Source: Candidatus Poribacteria bacterium (GTDB lineage: Bacteria; Poribacteria; WGA-4E; JAJDTR01). From it: a stretch of 64,000 nt of DNA. Under the pieces are notes generated by a model, which saw nothing but the letters and a program-made list of their open reading frames with translations, ran no database searches and was not told the DNA's origin. Shown piece after piece: positions 1 to 10,885 of the stretch; position 1 is the stretch's first letter; every line of letters starts with the position of its first letter. The DNA is taken from the NCBI GenBank assembly GCA_965222225.1, contig CBDCTK010000002.1:1952001-2016000 (forward strand). The letters run 5' to 3'. Position numbers and translations under genes: made by a program.

Positions 1-24
1 GCTTGCCATGCGCAAACTGACGGC

Positions 25-876
25 TCAGTTTCCAGTGACGGGAGGAGTGAATCCCCACAGGAGCACCGTCCCGTCCAGGCTCCCACTGGCAAGCGCGCTG
101 CCATTTGAGCTGAACGCTACGCTTTCGACTGCAGCCGTATGCCCGGTGAGTGTGCGCAGATGTTCCCCCGATGTCGCATCCCACAGTCGCGCCGTCTTAT
201 CCGAACTCGCGCTGGCGAGTGCGCTGCCATCCGGGCTAAACGCTACGCTTGAGACCCCCGACCTATGACCGGTGAGCCTACGCTGGTGTCGCCCCGTTTC
301 CGCATCCCACAACCGCACCGTCTTGTCCGAACTTCCACTGGCAAGCGCCCTGCCATCCGGGCTGAACGCTACGCTATTGACTCGAGACTTATGCCCGGTG
401 AGTGTGCGCAGATGTTCCCCCGATGTCGCATCCCACAACCGCACCGTCTTGTCCCAACTTCCACTGACAAGTGTGCTGCCATCTGGACTGAGCGCTACGC
501 TAATGACCCGATTCGTATGCCCGGTGAGTGTGCGCTGATGTTCCCCTGTCTCCGCATCCCACAGCCGCACCGTCTTGTCCGAACTTCCACTGGCAAGCGC
601 CCTGCCATCCGGGCTGAACGCTACGCATTCGACTTGAGCCGTATGACCGGTGAGCAGGGCGACCCCTTGAAGCGTCGCCGTATCGTAGAGCCAAATACCG
701 ATAGAACCGGCGACGGCAAGCCGAGTGCCGTCCGAGGAATAGGTTATGTCATTTATCGTGCCTTTACCCAGTCGCGATTTAGCGCCTTCGGGTAATCCCC
801 ATTGCGTGTAGTCTTGGGCGGGGGTGTTGCATCCTAGCACAGCCAGAAGAAGAAGCAATGTAACGGTGAATTTCAT
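25..876 (-). CDS. Secreted/lipoprotein WD40-repeat protein
   Basis: Signal peptide with lipobox-like LGC, QDYTQWGLPEGAKSRLGKG motif and repeated GH..V..VAFSPDG..LASGS.DKTVRLWD units. Confidence 0.9.
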   Translation of the reverse strand: MKFTVTLLLLLAVLGCNTPAQDYTQWGLPEGAKSRLGKGTINDITYSSDGTRLAVAGSIGIWLYDTATLQGVALLTGHTAQVECVAFSPDGRALASGSSDKTVRLWDAETGEHQRTLTGHTNRVISVALSPDGSTLVSGSWDKTVRLWDATSGEHLRTLTGHKSRVNSVAFSPDGRALASGSSDKTVRLWDAETGRHQRRLTGHRSGVSSVAFSPDGSALASASSDKTARLWDATSGEHLRTLTGHTAAVESVAFSSNGSALASGSLDGTVLLWGFTPPVTGN

Positions 877-1036
877 TTGAGGTACCGCCTTTCTGAGTTA
901 GTTGCCATCCGTTTGATTTGATGATTGTAAAAGGAGAAGAAATCCGCGCGGGCTGTGTCTCCCTAAGCGATTGCAGATCTCATGGATGATAAGCGATTCA
1001 TCTTACTTTGACGAATAAAATCGTGTGCGATGAAGC

Positions 1037-1135
1037 GTTGGGTTTCACTTCAATCTCGGCAGTATTATGCGAACTGAAAGGCCCCAAGCCCTCCTGGGTG
1101 TGATTTCTCATGGATTTCGTTTCAACCCGACCTAC
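1037..1135 (-). repeat. GTAG-type bipartite REP-like element
   Basis: gttgggtttcac ... ttcaacccgacctac; the same family recurs at 39735-39765 and 41433-41534. Confidence 0.6.
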
Positions 1136-1494
1136 GCACTGAAAGTTCCGTTTCCGGTGGCGGGAGGGGTGAATCCCCACAGCAGCACCGTCCCGTCATG
1201 ACTCCCACTGACATGTGTGCTGGCATCCGGGCTGAACGCCACACATTCGACTGGCCCCGTGTGGCCGGTGAGCAGGGCAATCTCTTGAAACGTCGCCGTA
1301 TCATAGATCCAAATACCGATAGAACCGGCGACGGCAAGCCGAGTGCCGTCCGGGGAATACGTGATGTCATTTATAGTGCCTTTGCCCAAGCGCGCCTTAG
1401 CGCCTTCCGGTAACCCCAATTTCGTGTAGTCTTGGGCGGGGCTACTGCATAGGAACAACCGCAATAGAGCAAGTGAGACCTCTGTAGAGTTCAT
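1132..1494 (-). CDS. Minimal WD40 protein (internal repeats deleted; possibly non-functional)
   Basis: Same N-motif and C-terminus (DGTVLLWGFTPP.TGN) as 25..876 but only one GH-WD unit. Confidence 0.75.
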   Translation of the reverse strand: MNSTEVSLALLRLFLCSSPAQDYTKLGLPEGAKARLGKGTINDITYSPDGTRLAVAGSIGIWIYDTATFQEIALLTGHTGPVECVAFSPDASTHVSGSHDGTVLLWGFTPPATGNGTFSA

Positions 1495-1720
1495 CGGAAG
1501 TACGGCCTTTCTGAGTTAGTTGCTATCCGATTGATTTAATAAATCGCGGATTCCACAGGGGGAATTGGAATTCTTTCAAAACAGCGTCTTCTTACGGAGA
1601 CAACGCAGGACGAGTTAAGCAATCGTGGGCGGCAAAAAAAAATGTGTGAGTCATTCCTTGAATCACGCCCCATTGATTGGATGATTGAAAATCGTTCAAC
1701 CCAACGTGCGCACCAACAAC

Positions 1721-3537
1721 TCAGCGCCCTGTGGCGAAAGAGGTGAAATCCCACAGCAGCACTGTTCCGTCCGAACTCCCACTGGCAAGCGTCTTTCCAT
1801 CCGGGCTGAACGCTAAGCTATTTACTGGATCTGTATGCCCGAGGAGTGTGCGCTGATGTTCTCCCGTTTTAGCATCCCACAGTTGCACTGTCTTGTCCAA
1901 ACTTCCAATGACAAGCGTTCTGCCGTCTGGACTGAAGACTGCGCTCAAGACCGCACCAGTATTTACTGCCAGCGTGTGAAGATGATTCCCCGTAACGGCA
2001 TCCCACAGTTGTACGGTCTCATCGCTACTTCCACTTGCAAGCCTTTTTGCGTCTGGACTGAACGCTACGCTATAGATTGCCCTCGTATGCCCGGTGAGTA
2101 TGTGCAGATGTTCCCCAGTGACAGCATCCCAAACTCGTACCGTAATGTCCTCGCGCCGGTCCCAGGACCCGCTGGCACTAGCAAGCATCTTTCATCCGGG
2201 CTGAACGCTAAGCTATTTACTGAATCTGTATGCCCGAGGAGTGTCCAGAGATGTGTCCCCGTTTTTGCGTCCCACAGTCGAACTGTCGTGTCATCACTCC
2301 CACTAGCAATCGTCTTTCTATCTGAACTGAACGCTATGTCATTAACTGAACCCAAATGCCCATGGAGCGTCCGCACACGTTCTCCCGTGTTGGCATTCCA
2401 CAGTCGCACGGTGTCATCATAACACCCACTGCTGGCAAGCCACTTTCCATCCGGGCTGAACGCTACGCTACGAACTGGACTGAACACTGGGCTCCTAATC
2501 GAATTCGTATTATCGTCGAGTGCGCGCACTCGCTCTCCCGTATTGGTATTCCACAGTCGCACTGTGCCATCATCACTCCCGCTGGCAAGCGTCTTTCCAT
2601 CTGGGCTGAATGCCACGCTATTGACAGAACGCGTCTGCTCGGAGAGCGTCCGTGGGGGTCCTGCTGGTCTGACATCCCACAGTTGTATCAAATTAGGCGG
2701 ACTCGCACTAGCTTCCCACAGTCCCAACCTTCCGCGGCTGCCCCCACTGGCGAGCCACTTGCCATCCGGGCTGAACGCGACGCTATAGACCACATTGTTA
2801 TGTCTAGTAAGTGTCTCCAGATGTGTCCCAGCGACGGTATCCCACAGTCGGACTGACTTGTCCCTACTGCTACTGGCAAGCCTTTTTCCGTCCGCGCTGA
2901 ACGCTATGCTATTGACGTAATCCGAATGCGCGACAAGCATGCGGTGATACCTTCCCGTTTCCGCTTCCCACAGTCGTATCGTATTGTCCTGACCCGCACT
3001 AGCAAGTTTGCTGCTGTCCGGGCTGAATGCTACGCATTCGACCGCAAATGTGCCGCAGTTTAGCGTTCGCAGACATTCCCCAGTTTTGGCATCCCATTGT
3101 CGAACTGTGCCATCATCACTCCCACTAGCAAGCATCTTGCCATCCGAACTGAACGCTACATCCCAAACGATACCCGTATGCCCGGAAAGTGATCGTTCAT
3201 GGTCCCCAATTCTGGTGTCCCATAGTCGAACTGTTCCATCAGCACGCCCACTGGCGAGTGTCCCATCCGTGTTAAATGTCACGCATAGGTCCGCGCCAGA
3301 CATCTTCCCGGTTAGCAGGGCTACCGCTTGATGCGAATTTGTATCATAGAGCCAAATTCCGATAGAACTAGCGACAGCGATCCGTGTGCCGTCCGGTGAA
3401 TAAGTGATGTCACTTATCGTGCCTTTACCCAAGCGCGCCTTGACGCCTTCGGGCAACCCCCACTGCATATAATCTTGGGAGGAGGTACTGCATAGAAACA
3501 GCGGCAAGAGTGTAAGTGAGGTCTCTTTAGTGTTCAT
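1721..3537 (-). pseudogene. Long WD40-repeat protein split by a -1 frameshift near 2193
   Basis: ORFs 2065..3537 and 1721..2188 join. tttcatcc at 2190-2197 lacks one C relative to the sister repeat tttccatcc near 1794. Could be an assembly error. Confidence 0.8.
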
Positions 3538-3584
3538 CTGAAGTACGACCTTTCTGAGGAAGTTGCCGTCCGATTGATATGATA

Positions 3585-4628
3585 TAGGAGTTACGCAGTT
3601 GGCTGAAGCGTATAAAGAGGTTGTGCCAAATAAGCCCGTACCGCATCTCTGACAATAGAGAGTTTTGCATCAAACCAACTGATACCGGTATGATAGCAAT
3701 AGTGCTCAATTCTCAGAAAGGCTCTCAGCGCTAAACCGATATGATTTCTTTGAGTGCGAGCAGAGCGCACTTGTGCGCGTTCAATGCCAACAAATTGCTT
3801 AATCCCGCGATGATATTCTTCTATTGTCCAAGACCATTCGGCATATTTGAGACGCGTCAATTCGTCCATCTGTAAATCATTCGTTGCCCAATATTCAATG
3901 TCACCTTCTGGAGTGTCAACCTTAAATACTCGAATCAATCCATAGCCTTTGAGATGGACAATTGTACCTGTTGATTCACTCGGAAGCGTACTCACCGGAC
4001 GGTTACCGGAATAATCTTTACTGACAAGTCGGTTGGCAGCTAGACGAGTAAGCCACTTCCAACCATGACCTCGCACCGCTTTTAGATTCTTTAGACTGGC
4101 ATACCAACTATCAAAACACACACATTCAGGAGCAAAACCGCGTGTTTTCGCTTCTTCAAGCATGGCGCGGAAATGCTCATTCTTCGTCAAGCCGTCTTTG
4201 GCTTTATCATAGATTCGATAATCACACGGAATATGTCTATCGCCATCCGTCCAGAGCAAAGTGACCAAGTTAATCCCATTCACAACTCGGTGGTGTTTCC
4301 CTGACCAGTGTTTTGTCACGAGTTCAATCTTTTGTGAATAAGGTTTATCCAGAGTCGAGTCATCTATAACTAAAATTCCGGATTCTAATTTCACCTGATT
4401 TCTCGATTCTTGCCACAGTTTGCCAGTATCGGGTTCCTCTCGATGCAAGAGCCGTGTTATCGAATCGTGAGCCGGAGGATTATCAGCTTGGGGTTGAACT
4501 TTTTCCGATTCAAGACAACTGTAACTTTTCTGAGCGGCTACCAAGAAATCAATATAGTCAGTGTCAGTATATTTAGGGGGATTCATACTCAAATTATAAC
4601 CTATTTTCACTCAACTGCGTAACTCCTA
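3585..4628 (-). mobile_element. IS701-like insertion sequence, copy 1 (1044 bp)
   Basis: 17-bp TIR TAGGAGTTACGCAGTTG at both ends; flanking direct repeat ATGATA (3579-3584, 4629-4634). Confidence 0.9.
3591..4610 (-). CDS. DDE transposase, IS701-like
   Basis: LVIDDSTLDK, CFDSWY and WTIEEYHRGIKQ motifs; stop codon lies within the TIR. Confidence 0.88.
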   Translation of the reverse strand: MKIGYNLSMNPPKYTDTDYIDFLVAAQKSYSCLESEKVQPQADNPPAHDSITRLLHREEPDTGKLWQESRNQVKLESGILVIDDSTLDKPYSQKIELVTKHWSGKHHRVVNGINLVTLLWTDGDRHIPCDYRIYDKAKDGLTKNEHFRAMLEEAKTRGFAPECVCFDSWYASLKNLKAVRGHGWKWLTRLAANRLVSKDYSGNRPVSTLPSESTGTIVHLKGYGLIRVFKVDTPEGDIEYWATNDLQMDELTRLKYAEWSWTIEEYHRGIKQFVGIERAQVRSARTQRNHIGLALRAFLRIEHYCYHTGISWFDAKLSIVRDAVRAYLAQPLYTLQPTA

Positions 4629-4685
4629 ATGATAATCGCAGATCCTATAGGCGTAATGGAATACTTTAAAAGGCTGGGAGGATTT

Positions 4686-4715
4686 CTATCGCACTTGTTA
4701 TTCACTCGCTTGATC
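4686..4715 (-). repeat. 30-nt covarying hairpin element (first of about 42 full copies)
   Basis: ctatcgcacttgttattcactcgcttgatc matches the + strand consensus CTATCGC NN TC NN TA NN C NN TC NN TTGATC. Confidence 0.9.
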
Positions 4716-4788
4716 GCAATAAGAGGGAAATCGGCGATTCGCCGATCGCCGATCGCAGCCTACAGAATGGGGGAACGTGAAGATTATA

Positions 4789-6114
4789 CTAACCTAGGCG
4801 GACGCAGAGAAACGGAATCAACATCTCGTCCGGCGTCAAACCGCCGTGCTTGCCGCCGGTATAATACGGCTTCTCTTTGACAGACGAGTAGAAGGCGTAG
4901 TTGTCACGCATGATGGCGACGAGGTTGCCCATTCGATCGGGCACCTCCGGATGCACGTCCCCGTATCCCCACAGCCCGGAACTCAGCGCCTTCGACGAGG
5001 GAATGGTGACAAGCTGATCAGAGAGCTGATCCTGCAGGTAGGAGCGCAGCGCCTCGAGCTTGCCCTGCTTGGCGTATAGGTACGCCGCCCGAAAATCCCC
5101 CGTTGGCGGCAATAGGAGATTGTCCTTGATTTTCGCGTGTCGATCGACCCGCACCAGTTTGTTGTCGGGCACCGTCACTTGGCCGTGGTCGGCAGTCAAA
5201 ATGAGAAGTGTGGTTCCCGAGATCTGGGAGTCGACGCAATTGATGAATTCGCGCTCGAGGGAATACGAAAGATTCCGCACCTCCGCCGCAAACGCCTCGC
5301 TGTTCGCGCCGTAGGCATGAGAGATTGAGTCGATCGCATCCCAATAGACCAGAATACACGTCCGTTCATCGGGCTTCTCTTTTACCAATCTTCGTAGCGT
5401 CACGAACATGTCCGAAGAGTTCACAAATCCGTGCACCTTCTTTGAACCGTTGTAAAACATCTTGGACAGAGGGCTTTCCTTATAGATGCTCTTGATGAGC
5501 ACATACGAATCAATACCCGCGTTTGTCAGGCGTTGGTTTAGTGTCTCGGCTCGGAGAAACTGTTTAGGCTCAAGTCCCATCCGCAGCAGACGCTCGTGCT
5601 CGCCGTCATAAATCGGCGTAAACCCGATCATATCGGCGACGGTCGCGTACTCCCTGAGGAAAAGGCGATAGCCGAGCATGCCGTGTTCTTGGGGAGTTAA
5701 ACCGGTGCTAAGGCTTGTCAGCGCCGCCGCCGTTGTGGATGGGAAAATTGAGGTGAGGGGGGCGAATCGACCGCGGCTGATGAGTTCGTTGAGAATCAGG
5801 TTGGGTTCGGATCTTAACACCGCCCGAAGTTGATTGTATCCCAAGGCGTCGACGATGAACAAAATCACCTTCCGCACCCCTTCCGTTTGCCCTTCGGTCA
5901 AGTCGTCGGGCAAGGGGGCATGATGCGGGATGCGGATGTTGAAAAGCTTCAGCAGCGTGGCGGGAATGTTGACTAACGAAAGGTCGGAATAGGCGGGGTA
6001 GATGAATTCGCCGGGGCGTAGCCCTTGATTTATCTGTTTGATACTTCTGCTGCGGATCCGAGCTTCAATCCGATCGGCTAATGTTTGAGGCACTGCGGAA
6101 TCCCGATTTGCCAT
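4789..6114 (-). CDS. Alkaline phosphatase superfamily / type I phosphodiesterase-nucleotide pyrophosphatase
   Basis: VDALG, FPSTTAAALTSLSTG..P.EHG, D.ISH.YG, TADHG and G.HGG motifs. Confidence 0.85.
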   Translation of the reverse strand: MANRDSAVPQTLADRIEARIRSRSIKQINQGLRPGEFIYPAYSDLSLVNIPATLLKLFNIRIPHHAPLPDDLTEGQTEGVRKVILFIVDALGYNQLRAVLRSEPNLILNELISRGRFAPLTSIFPSTTAAALTSLSTGLTPQEHGMLGYRLFLREYATVADMIGFTPIYDGEHERLLRMGLEPKQFLRAETLNQRLTNAGIDSYVLIKSIYKESPLSKMFYNGSKKVHGFVNSSDMFVTLRRLVKEKPDERTCILVYWDAIDSISHAYGANSEAFAAEVRNLSYSLEREFINCVDSQISGTTLLILTADHGQVTVPDNKLVRVDRHAKIKDNLLLPPTGDFRAAYLYAKQGKLEALRSYLQDQLSDQLVTIPSSKALSSGLWGYGDVHPEVPDRMGNLVAIMRDNYAFYSSVKEKPYYTGGKHGGLTPDEMLIPFLCVRLG

Positions 6115-6195
6115 ATAACGGGTATTCTCCTATCCAGACACATTCTTATCGGCTACAACTCCGATCCCTGCTAGTCTGTGCAGGGCTGTTGAGGA

Positions 6196-6693
6196 TCAAG
6201 AACAGGTGCCGATGATCAGAACGGCGGCTGGTAATGACGTGGCTTGCGCTTTTTGAAATGCACCGCTGATGGAATGGATATCGTCATCGGTTTCGATGAT
6301 GTTGTAGGGGAATCCCCACGCTTTGAGCGTAGGTTCCAGAAATGTCGCCGCGGAATCGGCGTGGAGTCTGCTCCCAGGCTGAAGTGTCTGATACCCGCGA
6401 TAACCGATAAGCGTTACCAACGGGATTTCCATATTGACGGCGGTGCCTCGGATGGCATCTCCGGATTCCAAGAAACCCGTGTTCTGGATGAGCACCACCG
6501 GCTGCTTGCCGCCGACATACAACCCGGACGCAATGGCGAACGCCTCGCCCTCGCGGGTGACGCTGATAACATCGATTTCCGGCTCGCCGCGAAGTTTTTC
6601 GTAGAGCTTCGCCGACCCGTTATCCGGAAGTCCAATCACATGGGTAACGTCCCATTTCTTTAATTCGTCAATAATCTTCTGCGCTGATGGCAA
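6196..6693 (-). CDS. TPP-enzyme N-terminal subunit (sulfopyruvate/phosphonopyruvate decarboxylase alpha-like)
   Basis: GLPD, VTREGEAFAIASG, IQNTG and GYRG motifs; no beta subunit adjacent. Confidence 0.8.
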   Translation of the reverse strand: MPSAQKIIDELKKWDVTHVIGLPDNGSAKLYEKLRGEPEIDVISVTREGEAFAIASGLYVGGKQPVVLIQNTGFLESGDAIRGTAVNMEIPLVTLIGYRGYQTLQPGSRLHADSAATFLEPTLKAWGFPYNIIETDDDIHSISGAFQKAQATSLPAAVLIIGTCS

Positions 6694-6736
6694 ATCGTAT
6701 CCCTCCTCATCTCGTCAGGAATGGCAATGCGTGTTT

Positions 6737-6802
6737 GTAGGGTGCGCATTGCGATTAAGCGAGTGGATAACGAGTGCGATAGCGATCCTATACCAGCCTT
6801 TG
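6737..6802 (+). repeat. GTAG REP interrupted by a hairpin element (6753-6782)
   Basis: gtagggtgcgcattgc[gattaagcgagtggataacgagtgcgatagcgatcctat]accagcctttg. Confidence 0.85.
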
Positions 6803-6842
6803 AATGTGCCACTCATCACTAGCCACTCGCCACTGTCGTTCC

Positions 6843-8786
6843 CTACTTCCTGCCCTCAACCAATGAATCGACGACCCCCGGCTCCGCGAGCGTCGAGATG
6901 TCGCCGAGGTCCGAGATATCGCCTTCGGCAATCTTCCGCAGCACGCGCCGCATAATCTTGCCGGAGCGCGTCTTGGGCAGCGCCGGGGTGAATTGAATCT
7001 TGTCGGGCGAGGCGTGCGGACCGATATGCCGACGCACCGCCTGTCTGATACCGGTCTCAACTTCATCCGAGCCGGACTCCCCGGTCATCAACGTGACATA
7101 GGCGTATATCCCTTGCCCCTTGATATCGTGCGGATAGCCGACGACCGCTGCCTCAGCCACCGCGCTGTGTTGTCCGATGGCGCCTTCGACCTCCGCGGTG
7201 CCCAATCGGTGCCCGGAGACGTTTAGCACGTCGTCCACGCGCCCGGTAATCCAGTAATAGCCGTCTTCGTCGCGCCGTACGCCGTCGCCCGTCATGTAGT
7301 AACCGGGGAAACGCTCGAAGTAGGTCTGGCGGAATCGCTCGTGATCGCCGTACACCGTCCGCATAATCCCGGGCCATGGGGACTTGATGCAAAGATAGCC
7401 GCTGGCAGGATTTCCCTCGATCTCAACCCCGCTCTCGTCCAAGATAACCGGCTCGACCCCAAAGAGCGGGAACGTCGCCGATCCCGGTTTTAGCGGAGTC
7501 GCCGCAGGCAATGGCGAAATCAACATGCCGCCGGTTTCCGTTTGCCACCAGGTGTCAATGATAGGGCAGCGCCCCTCGCCGACGACATTGTAGTACCAGA
7601 GCCATTCGGGTTCCTTGATGGGTTCGCCGACGGTGCCCAGCAACCGAAGGGTTGACCTGTCATACTTCCTCACCCATTCATCCCCCTCCTTCATCAAGGC
7701 GCGGAGCGCGGTGGGCGCGGTGTAGAAGATTTCGACGTTATGTTTCTCGACCACCTGCCAGAAACGCCCGAAGTCGGGATGGTTGGGTACGCCCTCAAAC
7801 ATGATGCTGACGGCTCGATTCGCCAGAGGCCCATAGATAATGTAGGAGTGCCCGGTGACCCAGCCGATGTCAGCCGTACACCAGAAGATGTCGCCTTCGT
7901 GGTAGTCGAAGACGTTGTGGTGAGTGTAGGACGCATAAACGAGGTAGCCGCCTGTGGTGTGGAGCACGCCCTTGGGCTTGCCCGTCGAACCGGAGGTGTA
8001 GAGAATGAACAACGGGTCTTCGGCGTCCATCTCCTCCGGCGGACATTCGTCATCGGCGGTCGCCATGGCTTCGTCCCACCAGATGTCGCGCGGTGATTCC
8101 CAATCCACCTCATCGCCGGTGTGGCGTACAACGATGATATGTTCGATGGAAGGGCACTCCGCCGCCGCGGCGTCCGCATTGAGTTTCATCGGGATGCCGC
8201 TGCGGGGTCCGCGAAAGGCGGTGTCCTGCGTAATCAACATCTTGCACTGCGAATCGTTGATGCGGTCTCGCAATGACTCCGCCGAGAACGCTCCGAAAAC
8301 GATGGAGTGCACCGCGCCGATGCGGGCGCACGCCAACATTGCAATCGCCAACTCGGGAACCATCTGCAGGTAGATGCAGACGCGGTCGCCCTTCTTGATG
8401 CCGTGCGATTTCAGTACGTTGGCGAAGCGTTTCACCTCACGCAACAGTTCGCTGTAGGTGAAGGTTTTGTCCGCCGACGGATCGTTGCCCTCCCAGATAA
8501 TCGCGGTGTCGCCGCCGTGCCCAGCCTCAACGTGGCGGTCGAGGCAGTTGTAGGAGGCGTTCAGTGTGCCGCCCTCGAACCACTTTATATGCGCGTTAAC
8601 AAAGTCGTACTCTCGGACGTTATCCCATTTCTTGAACCACGAAATTCGTTCGGCGATATTCGCCCAGAACGCCTCCGGGTTTTTTATGGATTCTTCGTAG
8701 ATTTCTTTATACTGTTCGATGCTGCTCACGTGGGCAGTGTTGATGGGGTAATGCGTATCCCCCGGCGGGAATATTTTCGTAGCCAT
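6843..8786 (-). CDS. acs: Acetate--CoA ligase
   Basis: [21 protein letters not shown] and [12 protein letters not shown] motifs; ATG at 8786 with a GGAGGG RBS. Confidence 0.96.
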   Translation of the reverse strand: MATKIFPPGDTHYPINTAHVSSIEQYKEIYEESIKNPEAFWANIAERISWFKKWDNVREYDFVNAHIKWFEGGTLNASYNCLDRHVEAGHGGDTAIIWEGNDPSADKTFTYSELLREVKRFANVLKSHGIKKGDRVCIYLQMVPELAIAMLACARIGAVHSIVFGAFSAESLRDRINDSQCKMLITQDTAFRGPRSGIPMKLNADAAAAECPSIEHIIVVRHTGDEVDWESPRDIWWDEAMATADDECPPEEMDAEDPLFILYTSGSTGKPKGVLHTTGGYLVYASYTHHNVFDYHEGDIFWCTADIGWVTGHSYIIYGPLANRAVSIMFEGVPNHPDFGRFWQVVEKHNVEIFYTAPTALRALMKEGDEWVRKYDRSTLRLLGTVGEPIKEPEWLWYYNVVGEGRCPIIDTWWQTETGGMLISPLPAATPLKPGSATFPLFGVEPVILDESGVEIEGNPASGYLCIKSPWPGIMRTVYGDHERFRQTYFERFPGYYMTGDGVRRDEDGYYWITGRVDDVLNVSGHRLGTAEVEGAIGQHSAVAEAAVVGYPHDIKGQGIYAYVTLMTGESGSDEVETGIRQAVRRHIGPHASPDKIQFTPALPKTRSGKIMRRVLRKIAEGDISDLGDISTLAEPGVVDSLVEGRK

Positions 8787-8807
8787 AAGTCCCTCCAAAC
8801 GTCGGTA

Positions 8808-9830
8808 TTATTCGAATAATTGTGTCTGAGTTGCATAGCGGTTGTTGGTTCGGTGAAGTACCTTGTCACGGTCTTCTTCTAGCACCTTGAGATAATTAAC
8901 GATGTTGAAATCTGGTTTCTTGATTTCATTTTGAAATGAATTCATCCAATGGCCAGCCAATCTTTGTAAGGAATTCATATCCCTGCGGAAGTAACGATTG
9001 CGCTCGATTGGGTTTGATGCCAAATCGGTAATGGCATTGAATAGTGAATAAGCATTCTCGCCTGATTCCTTGATATATCTTTCCAGTTTTGTATTGATGA
9101 CAGTTAGAAGACCTTCGTATTCCCACTTGTTTTCCTGCTTGGCACGGAAATCTATTTCTGACACTTTCTTCATTCCGAACAGTGCGAGGATTAGGCGGAA
9201 GGAATCGCCTTTAGATATGTTATGAGCTTTGAGTCTTCTCGCGTAAGATACGAATCTATCAAAGAGCGCTTCCATTTTGGCGTTTTCATGGACAAATGAG
9301 ATATCATCAAGTTCCTGCTTTACATGACTGAATTTGAACTTAACTGTCTCGGACTCAAAAATGACACCGTTAGAACAGATTTCCCTGCAAAATCCAACAT
9401 CAAACCTTAATGCGCGCGACGTGTTGTAACTATTCGTAACCCTGATGTACGGAATGTAAACATCAGATTGCAAATCTTCGCCCCATAGATTCATAACATA
9501 GTTTGTATGCACCAGATCAATATGACAATAAGTTGCCGTTGATGGCGCATCTACCTTGAAGATGTTAATATTGGACGCTTCGTTTGCTCCAAAAAGATCA
9601 GTCCAGCATCTTTTACCGAGTTCTACGGCTCGTTCATTTGTGATGAGCTTATACTCTTTATTTACCACCCCAAGGACCTTTCCTGACTCAGTGTTTACAA
9701 CAGCCCTGCTATTGTTTACTTGGATTTGTTTTGTTTGTTCTTCAAGATCTATATGGTTGACATAAACTGGTCTCAATTCAACCGGAAACGTAAGTGTCTC
9801 GAATGAAGTGATTCTTGCCATGGTATACAC
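8808..9830 (-). CDS. DUF932-like protein
   Basis: LGVV..Y.LITN, VTNSYN.SRAL.FDVGF.R.ICSNG and NAY.LFNAITD.A patterns; AT-rich. Confidence 0.7.
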   Translation of the reverse strand: MYTMARITSFETLTFPVELRPVYVNHIDLEEQTKQIQVNNSRAVVNTESGKVLGVVNKEYKLITNERAVELGKRCWTDLFGANEASNINIFKVDAPSTATYCHIDLVHTNYVMNLWGEDLQSDVYIPYIRVTNSYNTSRALRFDVGFCREICSNGVIFESETVKFKFSHVKQELDDISFVHENAKMEALFDRFVSYARRLKAHNISKGDSFRLILALFGMKKVSEIDFRAKQENKWEYEGLLTVINTKLERYIKESGENAYSLFNAITDLASNPIERNRYFRRDMNSLQRLAGHWMNSFQNEIKKPDFNIVNYLKVLEEDRDKVLHRTNNRYATQTQLFE

Positions 9831-9973
9831 CCTTTATCATCAAACCAAGAGATAACTAGCAGTCGTAAAATTTGGGCTAGCCGATTTCTATCCGAAAAGA
9901 TCCCATTCGCTAACCATGAACTATCACAGCTAACGATATTGTCAACAATGATACTGTTTGAAGATTACCTTTT

Positions 9974-10882
9974 TCAGAAAGGAGGTGCAAATCCTTTTTT
10001 GCCTTCACCGAGGGTCGGCAACTTCTCTTGAAGGACGTTAAAAACCGCCTTATAGTGTTTCAGATAATCCTCGCGGAATGATGACGGTGCACTACCTAGT
10101 TTTTTCGCCATAATTGCGAATGCTTCCTTACGTGTGCTTGCAATAAACTTTCCGCGCTGGAAGTGGAACGGCTGCGCGATAAATTTTCTTACTCCGGTTT
10201 CCAACAAACTCTCACTGAAGGCATGCGCATCCCTCACCAGCAACAGCGGTGTCATCGTAATGCAAGCATCAATGCCGGCAGCCATGATTTCTGCAATCGC
10301 CCGCATTCGCACAGAATTGGATGGACAGTACGGCTCGAAGGTACGCCTGATGTCTTCGTCATCAGTGGTGACTGTCATATTCACCTGTACGCGGCCTCCG
10401 TTGTCTTCGATGCTCTGAAAAAGATCGCAGTCTCGGGTAATCAGCGGACTGCGTGTTTGCACTACCAGCTTGGGTTTGTGCCGCTCTGCCAAGATTTTCA
10501 ACAGGTCGCGGGTTATCTTCAGTTTGTGTTCAATGGGTTGGTAGGGATCGGTCACACTGCTCATATAAATTAGCTTTCCATCCAGTGAGCGCTTGAAACG
10601 TTCCATCTTGCTGACAGCGTTGTCTTTGACGGTTATCCAATAGCCCCATCTGTCTCGCTTTTCACGGCTCATACTGAAGAAAGCGGCGTAGCAGTAGGTA
10701 CAACCAAAGGAGCAGCCGCTGTAAGGATTCAACGTATAGTCGTATTCGCCCATGAAACCGCTCGCCCGTGTCAGAATGTCCCGCACCGGAGAATATTCGA
10801 CTGCCGCCTGTCCGAGTTGATTAGGACGATCTGGGCGTACAGGTTCCTCGAAAGGTAGAGATTGTTGAATTGGAATACTCAC
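9974..10882 (-). CDS. Spore-photoproduct-lyase-like radical SAM protein
   Basis: NPYSGCSFGCTYCYA (CxxxCxxC), SSVTDPYQPIE and QTRSPLITRD. Confidence 0.85.
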   Translation of the reverse strand: MSIPIQQSLPFEEPVRPDRPNQLGQAAVEYSPVRDILTRASGFMGEYDYTLNPYSGCSFGCTYCYAAFFSMSREKRDRWGYWITVKDNAVSKMERFKRSLDGKLIYMSSVTDPYQPIEHKLKITRDLLKILAERHKPKLVVQTRSPLITRDCDLFQSIEDNGGRVQVNMTVTTDDEDIRRTFEPYCPSNSVRMRAIAEIMAAGIDACITMTPLLLVRDAHAFSESLLETGVRKFIAQPFHFQRGKFIASTRKEAFAIMAKKLGSAPSSFREDYLKHYKAVFNVLQEKLPTLGEGKKGFAPPF

Positions 10883-10885
10883 GAT

